DNA of 64,000 nt from Cyanophora paradoxa CCMP329 (Eukaryota > Plantae > Glaucophyta): NCBI GenBank assembly GCA_004431415.1, contig QPMI01000283.1, positions 7,789 to 71,788 on the forward strand, read 5' to 3'. This document shows positions 47,678-60,660 of the stretch, one piece after another. The position numbers were made by a program, and so were the translations under genes. Numbering within the stretch: the stretch's first letter is position 1; each line of letters starts with the position of its first letter. The notes under the pieces were generated by a model. That model was not told the DNA's origin and did no database searches. It was given only the letters and a program-made list of their open reading frames with translations.

Positions 47678-50600
47678 TCAGAGGAAGGCGAGGTCGAGCT
47701 CGTCAGAGCAGTCGCCGGCGATGTCGGCGATGTCCGCGTGCGCCTCCTCCCCGTAGGCCGCCTCCTCCACGGCGACGGCCCCCTCCATGAACGACTCGAG
47801 CACGCTCTGGCCCTCCTCCTCGTCCAGCATCAGCGAGCCCTTCGACGCCTTCGCCGACGTCTTCGCCGAGGCCGCGCTCGAGCTCGAGGCCGCCGCCGCC
47901 GTCGTCGTCGTCGTCGCCGCCGCCGCCGCCTCGGTGGTGGCGGCCGTGGTGGCGGTGGAGTTGGAGTTGGGCGCCCCGCCGGCGTTGTTGGTGAAGCCCT
48001 CCTGCTGGCCGTACGCGTACGCGTTGCCGTTGTTCGACTTGATCTTGGTCGCGTCCGCGCCCGCGCTGCAGACCGCCGCGCAGCTGTTCTCCAGGGCCGT
48101 CAGGCGCGCCAGCACCTCCGCAACCTGAGAGTCTGTTGCCCGCCCCGTCAGATCCCGCCTCGCCCCGCCCGCGGGGCGGGCGGCCCCGCGCGGCGCACCT
48201 GTGTAGGTCTTCATGAGGGTCAGGTTGTCCGCCTTGGTCCAGTCGACGCTGCGGGGGCCGGTGGGTGAGGGCCCGCCGCGCCGCCGCAGCGCGCTCGTCA
48301 GGGGCGCGCACTACTCGTGGAAGGACTGGACGGCGTCGTTCTTCGCCGCGCCGATCGCCTTGAGGATCTCTGCCGCCCCCGCCCCGCCTCAGCGCCCGCC
48401 GGCGCGGCGGAGACAGGCTGGGCGAGGGCGGGCCGACCGACTTCGCGGTAGTCGGAGTACTCCTTGGCGGTGGCGACGGCGCCCTTGGCCGCCTCCGCCG
48501 CCTGCTGCTCCGCGTACGCGCGCGCCGCGGCGATGTCCGCCGAGAGCGCTGCCGCCGCCCCGCCCGTGAGCGTGTGCGCGGGGGCGCCGGGGGTCCCGTG
48601 CGGGGCGGCGGACCCTTGGTGGCCTCGATGAGGTTGGTGGTCAGCTTGGAGTCAAGCTTGTCGATCTCCTCGTCTGCCGGCGGGTCGCGGCGGTCAGCGG
48701 CGCCGCAGAGGCGGGGCGGGGCGCCCGGGGAGGGGGGCGGACCGGTGTACTTCATGGCCTTCTTGAGGGTGTCGTCGATGGAGGCGACGAGCTCGCCCTT
48801 GGCGGCGGCCAGGTTGCCGGCGGCCGCCGTCGCCACGCCGTCCGAGTACGCCTTGCTCTCGTTGAAGTTGTTCTCGATGCGCACGCTCAGGTCTGCCCGC
48901 CCCCGGGCCCCGTCACGACGCGCGGCGGCCCCCGGGCAGCGGACTGCAGCGGGGGCGGACCGTTCTTGGCCTCGCCGAGGGCTCCCTGCCACGCGCTCGT
49001 GATCGCCTTCTCGACGTCTGCGGGGCGCCCCGTGAGGTCCCGCGGCCGGCCCGGCCCGCCCGCGCCGCTCACCGTTAACCTTGTCGGTGGCGAAGCCCTT
49101 GGAGCGGTCCTCGGCGTCGGCGATGTCCTTGACGGTGGCGGTCCGGAGCGCTCCAATCTGCTCGTCGGTGTACTTGTTCGCCTCGCCCTTGGCGACGCCG
49201 ATCTCGCCCGTCACCGCCGTGTGCAGCTTGTCCGACACCGCGTCCGCGTGGCCCTTGGCGCTCGCCTCCGCCGCGTTGGCCGCCGCCTGGGCCGCTGCGC
49301 CCCCGCGGTCGGCCCCCGCGCCGGACCCCAGCGCGGGGCGGGTCGCTCGCACCGGCCTTGGCGCCCTCGATGTCGCCGCGCAGGGCCGACGCGGTGGTGT
49401 CCGTGTAGGCGGTGGCCGCCGCGCCGGTCTCGGCGATCTTGGCGGAGAGCGCTGCCGGCCGCCCCGTCAGCGGCGCGCCGCGGAGGGCCCGGGCGGGCGG
49501 GCGCACCGGACTCAGTGGCGACGATGTTGGCCGCGTTGATGGCGTCGGCGGCCTTCGCCGCAGACTCCACCTCGCCGAGCTTATCGTTGAGCGCAGCCGA
49601 GGCGTCGCTGACGCCCTTCTGCCACTCCGACGTCACCTCCCCGCGCAGCGCGGCGTCCTTCTCGGTGGCGAAGCCCTTGGAGCGGTCCTCGGCGTCCGCG
49701 ATGTTCTTGCCGAGCTCCTCGCGCGCCGCAGTGAGGGCGCCCGCGAACGTGTTCGACAGATCTGCGACGTGAACGTCAGGGGGAGATGCGGCGGTGGCAG
49801 AGTCGGAGATCTGGGGCCGCACTGTTGGCGGTGGTGTCGGTGTAGGCGGTGGCGGCGTTCTTGGCGGCGTCGATCTGGCCGCCGAGGGTCGCAGAGGTCT
49901 CGGCGAGGTCCGAGGCTGCCTTCTCGCCCACGGCCTTCGACGCCGTGTCAGCGAAGGTGATGGCGTCCGCCTTGGCGGCGGTGATCTCGCCCCGGAGGCC
50001 TGAGTCGCCGTCAGCGCGGCGCGGCGGGTGGCGTCCTTCAAAGGGGGCGAACCAAGCTCGACGGCGGTGATCTTGCCGTCGATGAGCTTGTCGGCATCCT
50101 TGGCGGCGGCGTCGACGGTGGCGATGTCCGTGGAGAGCGCCTTCGTGGCGTTGACCACGGCGTTCTGCCACTCCCCCGTCACGGTCTCGTGCAGCGCGGC
50201 GTCCTTCTCGGTGGCGAAGCCCTTGGAGCGGTCCTCGGCGTCGGCGATGTCCTTGACGGTGGCGGTCCGGAGCGCTCCAATCTGCTCGTCGGTGTACTTG
50301 TTCGCCTCGCCCTTGGCGACGCCGATCTCGCCCGTCACCGCCGTGTGCAGCTTGTCCGACACCGCGTCCGCGTGGCCCTTGGCGCTCGCCTCCGCCGCGT
50401 TCGCCGCCGCCTGGGCCGCTGCGCCCCCGCGGTCGGCCCCCGCGCCGGACCCCAGCGCGGGGCGGGTCGCTCGCACCGGCCTTGGCGCCCTCGATGTCGC
50501 CGCGCAGGGCCGACGCGGTGGTGTCCGTGTAGGCGGTGGCCGCCGCGCCGGTCTCGGCGATCTTGGCGGAGAGCGCTGCCGGCCGCCCCGTCAGCGGCGC

Positions 50601-51905
50601 GCCGCGGAGGGCCCGGGCGGGCGGGCGCACCGGACTCAGTGGCGACGATGTTGGCCGCGTTGATGGCGTCGGCGGCCTTCGCCGCAGACTCCACCTCGCC
50701 GAGCTTATCGTTGAGCGCAGCCGAGGCGTCGCTGACGCCCTTCTGCCACTCCGACGTCACCTCCCCGCGCAGCACGGTGTCCTTCTCGGTGGCGAAGCCC
50801 TTGGAGCGGTCCTCGGCGTCGGCGATGTCCTTGACGGTGGCGGTCCGGAGCGCTCCAATCTGCTCGTCGGTGTACTTGTTCGCCTCGCCCTTGGCGACGC
50901 CGATCTCGCCCGTCACCGCCGTGTGCAGCTTGTCCGACACCGCGTCCGCGTGGCCCTTGGCGCTCGCCTCCGCCGCGTTCGCCGCCGCCTGGGCCGCTGC
51001 GCCCCCGCGGTCGGCCCCCGCGCCGGACCCCAGCGCGGGGCGGGTCGCTCGCACCGGCCTTGGCGCCCTCGATGTCGCCGCGCAGGGCCGACGCGGTGGT
51101 GTCCGTGTAGGACTGCGCCGTCTCGCGGGCATTTTGAACATCGGCCTTCAGATCTTACGCGGAGTCGGCGGGGCACGGCACAGCGGAGGAAGCAAACGTG
51201 GATGCCGCACCGGCGCGGGCCTGCTCGATGTCGCCGGCGTTCTTTGCGATGCCAGCCTTCGCGCCAGTGTCGACGTTGTTGATGTAAGTATTGAGCTCTG
51301 CCGCCCCGCACGTCAGCGTGCGTCATGTGCAAGCGTAGGCGCGAAATCGCAACCTTGCTTGGTGTTGTTGATGGTGGTGTCAACCTTGCGGTCGAGCCCG
51401 GCGATGGCATCGTCTGTGTACTTGTTCGCGTGCTTTTCGGCGGCTGCGACCCGCGTTTAGTTGCAAGCTGTGCACCGCGAAAGCTGAAAAGGGCACGAAC
51501 AATCGATCTCAGAGCCGGTAAGGTTGAACAGGTCCGCGAGCTTGGCCGCCGCAGCAGAGCCGGCAGCACCGACGTCGGCCTGATGAGCCTCGTGCTCGAC
51601 GGCCGGCGCAGCTGCCGTCGTAGGCGTCGCCGACGTCGCGGTCACGGTGTTATCGAACCCCCACGAAGTTGCGTCGCGGTTGACGGTCTTAGCTGCGCGG
51701 CAAATCACTCAGCCCGAGCGCCTGGGGCGCATAACTGATAGGCAAAGGCGGGTTATTGCATTCGATGGCATTTCTTAGAGGCCGTTCGCCGAAGGCAACC
51801 CGGCAGGCCAGTTCCAGGCTACCAACGGAACGCCCACCAGACGAGCAACTGGAGGCCTGGGGCGGGGCGAAACACGCATATTGCGATCGTAGAGGACTTA
51901 CACAT
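47678..51905 (-). CDS. Long Ala/Thr/Asp/Lys-rich repetitive coiled-coil protein with recurrent A(N/T/K)xYTD motifs and acidic C-terminus (multi-exon)
   Basis: ATG-T|gtaagt first exon at 51905; exons splice in frame (MSKTVNRDATSWGFDN...HANKYTDDAIAGLD...GEANKYTDEQIGAL...AMKYTDEEIDKLD...DELDLAFL*). Confidence 0.75.
49084..51110. repeat. Intragenic higher-order tandem duplication (units 578/546/578 bp) that includes introns
   Basis: Anchor tcggtggcgaagcccttggagcggtcc occurs at 49084, 49662, 50208 and 50786; segment 49084-49700 is nearly identical to 50208-50824 (offset 1124). Confidence 0.92.
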
Positions 51906-52205
51906 GGTTTATTTTCTGCTGGGTCGGCTTCGGAGCAGTACGACACCGCCGGTCGTCGAACACACGCCTGGTCAGACAGGGGGCAGAATAGAGAAGCGAG
52001 ACGGTAAGAAGGCGTCGGTAAGTCTCGAAGGACGGCAGCGAATTCACACCTTGACGGAGCGGCCACAACCTATTCACGTACCCCAGCCCAACGTTGCACG
52101 GGCTGGCTGCTCAAAGAGCGAGGCTGCAGAGCGAGCGCTATCGCATACTAGCAGCGTTCGTAGCTAGAGCGCACGCCGCCTCCTGGCCGCGCCCGCAGCT
52201 AGCGG

Positions 52206-55200
52206 ATGTCGAGGGCACTCGTCCCGGCCGCGCCGGGCTCGCTTGGCAGCCCAAGCCACTCCTTTGACGACTATGAACAAGATGACTTCGCCAGCCGGCG
52301 CTACGAGCATGATGAGTCCTCCAACTTCAAGGTCCGTTCGTCGCTTCGAAACCGCGCTGCCACATGCCGCCGCGGGTGCGTGCGGCACGGGGATGGGCGG
52401 CAGCTAACCACTTGTTCTGCATGCAGGTCGTCATCAGAGTTCGGCCGCCTCTCCCGCGCGAGTTGGAGGCCGAGAAGCACTTTATGAACGTGATCCGAGC
52501 GCGCGGCGCCCGTGAGATTAACATATCTGAGAACTACGGCAATGGATCTGACGAAGACTATGGCAACCCCTATGCGTCGTACACCTTCACCTTCGACCGA
52601 GTGTTTGATCAGGAGGCGGATCAGAAGTTCGTGTACGACAACGCGGCGCGAGCGGCGGTGTTGTCCACGCTCGAGGTGCACTTGTCGGAGTGCTGTTCCT
52701 GCCCTACGCCCACTGAGCCCCTCGCCAGGGCTACAATGCGAGTATCATCGCTTACGGACAGACGGGGACGGGGAAGACCTACACCATGGAAGGTGACCCC
52801 ACGCACCGGGGACGTCTGGATGAAGCACGAGGCATCATTCCGCGTGCTATCGAGGAGATTTTCCGCCGTGAGCCCCGCCCTCCCCTCTGCTCTATTTGCC
52901 CCGGACCTCCCCCCGCGCTATCCCCCTGCGGCATCGGAATTCTCGACTAGACTGAATGTACCGGCAGACATTCAGGGGTGCACAAATCCGCGGATGAAGT
53001 TCCTGGTCCGCGCCTCTTATCTGCAGATCTATAACGAGGTCCGCTTCCTTCCCCTTCCTTTTCCGTGGGGCGCACAGCGCCGTGCAGGTGATCAGCGACC
53101 TGCTCAAGCCCGACCGGACGAACCTTGTCATCCGCGAGGACAGGAAGAAAGGCGTCTTCGTAGAGGTGAGGCGCCCCGCCGCCCTGCTTGCCCGCACACC
53201 GAGCGTTGCTCACCCGCCCTGCCTCAGGGCCTCTCCGAGTGGGTCGTGCGCACTCCCGGGGAGATCTACGGTCTGATGGAGCGGGGGGCGCTCATGCGAG
53301 CGACCGCGTCGACCAAGGTAGGGGGGCGGCGGGGTCCGGGGGCGGGGGGCGGGGCGGCTCACGGGCCGGCGGCAGATGAACGAGATGTCTAGCCGGAGCC
53401 ATGCGGTGTTCATTATCATCGCAGAGCAGAGCGAGATGACGCTCGACCAGGAGGAGGAGGCGCAGGCAGCCGCCAACGGCACGCCCCGCCCCCGCCGCGC
53501 CGCCCTCCGCCCCGCGCTCACGGCTGCCGGGCAGGCTCGCGGGAGCCGCACTTCAAGCAGGTCTTCCGGGTGGGGAAGCTGAACCTGGTGGACCTGGCGG
53601 GGTCGGAGCGAGTGCGGCTCACGGGGGCGACGGGGCGGCGCCTCGAGGAGAGCAAGAAGATCAACCAGTCGCTCTCCGCGCTGGGGAACGTCATCGCGGC
53701 GCTGACGGACCCCAAGGGGCGCTCGCACATCCCCTACCGCGACTCCAAGCTCACGCGCATCCTTGAGGACAGCCTAGGGGGGAACTGCAAGACGACGATG
53801 ATGGCGATGGTCAGCCCCGCGATGGAGGCCTTCGTCGAGTCCCTCTCGACCCTCAAGTTCGCGAACCGCGCCAAGAACATCAAGAACGAGGCGCGCATCA
53901 ACGAGGACCTCGACCAGAAGGCCCTCCTGCGCAAGTACGAGCGGGAGCTCAAGCGCCTGCGGACGGAGCTGCAGACGCGGAGCCAGTCCGTCGTCGACAA
54001 GCGCCGCCTCCTCGAGCTCGAGGAGCAGCGGCGCAAGGCCGAGCAGGACAAGGCCCGCCGCCCCAGCCCCGCCGGCCCCGCGCGGCGCTGAGGGGCGCGC
54101 AGCTGGCGGCGATCACGGCGCTGGAGACGCGGTCGCGGGAGTACATCCGCGAGAAGGAGGAGAAGCGCCGCCTCGAGGAGAAGATCAAGCAGCTGCAGGG
54201 CCAGGCGCGCCTCGCCCCGCCCCTGGCCCCGCCCCTGCGACCCGCGCCCCCTGACGGGGATGGGGCGGCGCGCAGATGATCGGCCCCGGGGGCCCGTCGG
54301 CGGTCGAGGAGACGCCGCAGTTCCGGAGCGCGCTGATGCAGGAGCACGTGCGGATCTACAGCGAGTACGAGATGAAGGTGGCGGAGCTGGAGCGGGAGCG
54401 GCAGTCGATCGAGGAGGACAAGGCGCAGGTGGACCGCTACAAGCAGCTGCTGCTGAAGCAGCGGGACATCATGATCGCGCTGACGGCGCGGCTGAACGAG
54501 CGGGACGAGTCGATCCTGGCGCTCCAGGAGGAGCTCGAGGCGTACGACCGGCACCAGCGCATGATCGAGGAGGCCCTCGATCAGAAGACGGCCGCCTTCC
54601 TCCAGCTCCAGCGCCTCACCGCCGAGAGCGGGGCCGACGGGGCCGCCGCCGCCGCCGCCCTCCTCGCCTCCGCCGGCGACGGCTTCCTCCCTCGCGCCCT
54701 CTCCGAGCGGCGGTACGCGCCGTACGAGGACCCCGTGCTCTTCAGCAGCGCCAGCGGCTCCGCGGTGCCCATCGGGGGCCCCGACGGCGAGGGCGACGGG
54801 CGCCCCGGGGGCAAGCTGCTGACGGCGGAGGAGAAGATCGGGGAGCTGACGGGCCTGCTGGAGCAGCGCAAGGCGGAGATGCAGGCGGTGCAGGGCGAGC
54901 TCGAGGAGGTGCAGGCCGAGAAGGTCTCGCTCGAGTACCTCCTGCGCGAGCGCCTCGAGAAGATGGTGCAGAGCGAGATCGAGGAGCGCCTCAGCGTCTA
55001 CCGCAAGGAGGTCGACGAGTGGAAGGCGCAGCACTGGGCGGCGGAGGAGGCGCGCCGCACCTCGGAGTACATGCTGGAGCTCTCGAAGCTGCGGCAGGAC
55101 TCGCCCGAGTTCCACACGCGCCTGGCGGCGATCCTGCAGCGGGAGACGGCGGCGGTGCAGCGGCCGTACACGGAGGCCATCGCCCGCCTCAAGGCCGAGG

Positions 55201-55922
55201 TCGCCAAGCTCAAGGAGGAGCGCCAGCAGGCCCAGGCCCAGGGCCCCGCCCCCGGGCCCTCGGGCGCCGCCGCCGCCGAGGCGGCGATGAAGGTCCGCCA
55301 GCTGGAGGCGCGCCTCGAGTCGCAGAAGGGGGCGGCGGCGCAGTTCCGGGAGGAGATGACGGGGCGCATGGAGGAGCGCACGCGGCAGCTGCGGCGGCTC
55401 GAGGAGGAGAACCAGCGCCTGCGCGTGCAGCTCGCCCAGCCGCCGGGGGAGCGGGGCGGCGGCGGGGGCGGGGCGGGCGGGGACGGGGAGGCGGCGGCGC
55501 TGCGGGGCCAGTGCGCGGCGTTCGCGAAGGAGCGCTCGGCGCTAAAGACGATCCTCGAGAACAAGATGAAGGTCCTCGTCGACAGCATCCTCGCCAGCCT
55601 CGCCCCGGCCGGCAGCGCGCACGGCGGCGCGGCCGGCGGCGTCGAGCGGGCGGCGCGCGACGCGAGCCTCCTCCAGAAGCTCGTCAACGCCTCCATCGCC
55701 GCCATCCGCTCCTCCCCCGCCGACGGGCCGGCAGCCCCCGCCCCGGGGCCCGGCCCCGCCAACGGCGCCGGCGGGGGGCCGCACGGGGCGTCGCAGCACT
55801 CGCCGGGCGGGGAGGAGGCGCAGGAGAAGCGGCGGCAGCAGGTCGAGGCGCTCATCCGCCAGCGGCGCGCCGAGCTTCACTCGCACCTCGCCTCCGCCTC
55901 CCCCGCCTCCGGCAGGAGATGA
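52206..55922 (+). CDS. N-terminal-motor kinesin with long coiled-coil tail; 10 exons
   Basis: FK|VVIRVRP, FTFDRVF, P-loop [71 protein letters not shown]. Confidence 0.96.
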
Positions 55923-56175
55923 CCGCCCGCCGCCCCCGCCCCAGCACCCTCCCTTCTCTCCCCCCGCGCGCTCCCTGTGGAAACATCTCCCGCCCCTCCC
56001 GAACCCAAACCTCCGCCCTGCTCTCTGGCGTATTTACCCTCCTCTTCTCTCCCCCGAATTCTGTCTGGTATTTAGTTCCGATTCCGTCGCCCACGCGTAT
56101 TTAGTCCGGTCATGTATACGTATTGCATTCTTTAATCGTTGCAAGAGCAGTGCGGGGGCCGGCGCGGGGCGGCGG

Positions 56176-58693
56176 CTACGGATCTTCCTGCGAGCCGTTC
56201 TCGACGATGAGGCGGGGGCAGAGCCTCCCCAGGGGGCCCATTTCCGTCCCTGCCGCCGCCCGTCAGCCACAGGCCGGCGGGGGCGCGACGGCGCCGCCTG
56301 CGCACCGGCCCACGCGTAGCGCTGCAGGCCCCAGACGCGGCGCAGCTTGCGGAAGCGGCCGAGGATCTGCCGGCGGGGCTCGGGGCGTGGGGGGCAACGC
56401 GGGGCGGGGCGGGGCGGGGCGGGCGCACGGGGACGGCGGCGGCGGTGAGGTTCATGTTGTTGACGTCGAGGTCGAGCAGCGTGCGCCCGATCTGCCGCCC
56501 CGTCAGCGGCCCCGGGGCGCGGGGGCGGCGGGGCGGCGGGGCGGGGGTGCCTTGGAGTCTGCGAGGGCTGCGAGGGAGCGGTCGGTGAGGCCGCCGCTGC
56601 TGTTGTTCTTCCCCGCCGTGCCCCCGCAGCTGCGCGCGGCGTCAGCGCCGGCTGCACCGGGGCAAGGCGGGGCGGGGCGGGGCGGGGCGGGCCGGTTGAG
56701 GGAGAGGATCTCGAGGGACCAGGCGTCGGAGTGGCGGGCGAGGGCCTCCACGCCAGCGTCCGAGATGTTCTTCACGCGGAAGAAGGAGAGGGTGTGCAGG
56801 TACTTGGGCGCCGCGAGCTCCCGCGCGAAGGCCTCCAGCCCGGCGTCCGTGACCAGCGAGTTGCGCCCCACGTCGAAGAAGCCGAGGTACGGGCACTTCC
56901 CCGCGATCGCCGCCATCAGCTGCCAGCCACGTCAGCCGCCCGATCGCACCGGGGCGGGGCGGGGCGGGGCGAGGCGAGGCGGGGCGGGGCGGGGCGCACC
57001 GAGTCGTCGACTTCGCAGTCGCGGAGGACGATGTGCTCGAGGAACTTGCAGTGCTGCGCCACCGCCTCGCACATCGCCCGCCGCAGGTTCCGCACAACCA
57101 GGCGGTACAGGCCCTTGGCGGCGGCGCACATGAGCGCCTCCCACGCCTCCGCCGTGAAGAGCGGGGTCTTGGAGGAGCTGTTGGAGAAGAGGGTGAGGGA
57201 CTCGAGGTTGGGGCAGTGGCGCGCGAGGGCCTCCACGGCCTCCGTGCCCGTCTCCTTGGCCTCGGCGAGGTGCAGCGTCTTGAGCGAGGTGCCCAGCTCC
57301 GAGGCGACCGCCGCGAGCGTCCCGTCCTGCAGCTGCATGTCCACGTACAGGTCCTCCAGCTGCCGCAGCGACCCCGCGATCTGCGCCCCCCGTCGCGCCG
57401 GCTCGGGCGCGGGGCGCGGGGCGAGGGCGGGGCGGGGCGGGCCTTGCGGAAGGCGACGTCGGGGGGTACCTCCATCTCGCGCGTGTTGAAGGGCGCGAGG
57501 TGCAGCTTCTTCAGCCGCGTCAGCGCGCATATCGGCTCCAGGTCCGCCGCGCTCGTGCACAGGTCCATGTAGCACCCCAGGTCGATGTACCTGCCGCGCC
57601 CCCCGGCCCCGTCGGCCCCGGGCGGCCGGGGGCCGGGGGCGGCGGGGCGCACAGCTCCTCGAGCTTGGGGAAGGCGGCGGCGATCTTGGCGGCATAGGCG
57701 CGATCGGGGATCATGTTGACGCTGCGGGGGGCGCTGGGCGGGAGGAAGGAAAAGAAAGGGGAAGGAGGGGGCGGGGACCTCTCGGTGGCCTGGAAGTCGT
57801 TGAGGTCGAGGGCGGAGATGGAGATCGCCTCGAGCGGCATGTACTTGATCGCCGCCAGCGGCAGATTCAGCGCCATCCGCTGGTGGCCCCCGCAGTACAC
57901 GTGCAGGTCCGTCAGGTTCGCGCACAGCCGCCGCTTCAGGTCGCTCGCCACCGTGCAGTTCCCGTCCGGCAGGTCCAGCGTCAGGCGCTTCAGCTTCTTG
58001 CACTTCTCGAGGACCACCGCGATGCCGAGGTCCTGGTACGTGTGCGGCACGTGCGAGAGGAGCGGCATCCCCGTCCGCTGCGCGCTCGAGACGTGGAGGT
58101 TGGTGAGGTTCGGGCAGCGCTGCGCCACCAGCTCGAAGGTGCGCGACGTGAGCCGCGCCACGTCCCGCAGCTCCAGGCAGCAGATCTTCGTGCTGACATG
58201 CTCAAACGCCTCGTCGGTCAGCGCCCAGCAGTCCATGTGCAGATGCTCCGCCGACGGAACCTTCTCCGTCAGCTGCACGAACTGCTTGTCGTCCAGCGAC
58301 GAGTGGGTGAGGTCCACGACGCTGCGACGGGGATTAAACCAGGAACGGGTTGTGCGTGGCGAGATCTTGCCTCAGCTGGTGGAGATTCCGCTCGACGGCC
58401 AGCCGGAAAGACCGGCAAACCTTAGCAACTTCGGGCCAGGTATTCAGCTCGAGCTTGCTGAGGATGGTCTGCGCCGGCGATCAGGGGCCAAAATCGCGCG
58501 GTCAGGCGGCCGGGCGTGCCTCGAGAAGGTCAAGTGGTAGCAACGCGAGCGGCGAATCCTGCAGCCTGCAACGACTAGCATCAGCGGCGGTGCCGACACA
58601 GCGCAGCGCGCCGGCCGAGGCGGAATCCGAAGTCCGGGCGATTGCGGACCCATCAAGCACATCGGCGTGCTCGCGCGTTGCCGAGGATGGCAT
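56176..58693 (-). CDS. F-box/leucine-rich-repeat protein (multi-exon; start approximate)
   Basis: F-box LALLPLDLLE|TILSKL...VAKVCRSFRLA followed by Cys-containing LRRs (LTDEAF, VAQRCPNLTNL, LARHCPNLESL, VTDAGLEAF, ISDAGVEAL). Confidence 0.85.
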
Positions 58694-58916
58694 CGCGGTG
58701 ACATTGGAGTACGATGTGATCTTCGACGCGCCGCCGCAGGGCTCTGCATTGCGGAGCGGGCATGAGCGCGGCCGGGCGGCTCCGAGCAGGGCGCTGCACC
58801 TTTTTTCCTGCCCATCGAACCTATCGGCGTCAAGACTGAAGGGCGAGTCTCGCGGCGCGGCGGAGTTGAGCCTCTCGCAAGGGGTTACGTCGAATCTGGG
58901 GGCTACACAAAATCCG

Positions 58917-60532
<1,616 letters not shown>

Positions 60533-60660
60533 CGCCGGCCCCGCTCCCCCCTCCGCCCAGGCCACCGCCCCTGTACAATACCGCAGCTCCCTCCGTCGTG
60601 TTGGACAGGGGCGGGAGGGGGCTCGCTAGGGGCGTGGGGGGCGGGTGGCGGGGGGCGGGG

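Noticed and set aside
49084-51110. Long repeats as CRISPR array or LTR/transposon
   Set aside because: Units are hundreds of bp of spliced coding sequence with no spacers, terminal repeats or transposase/RT motifs.
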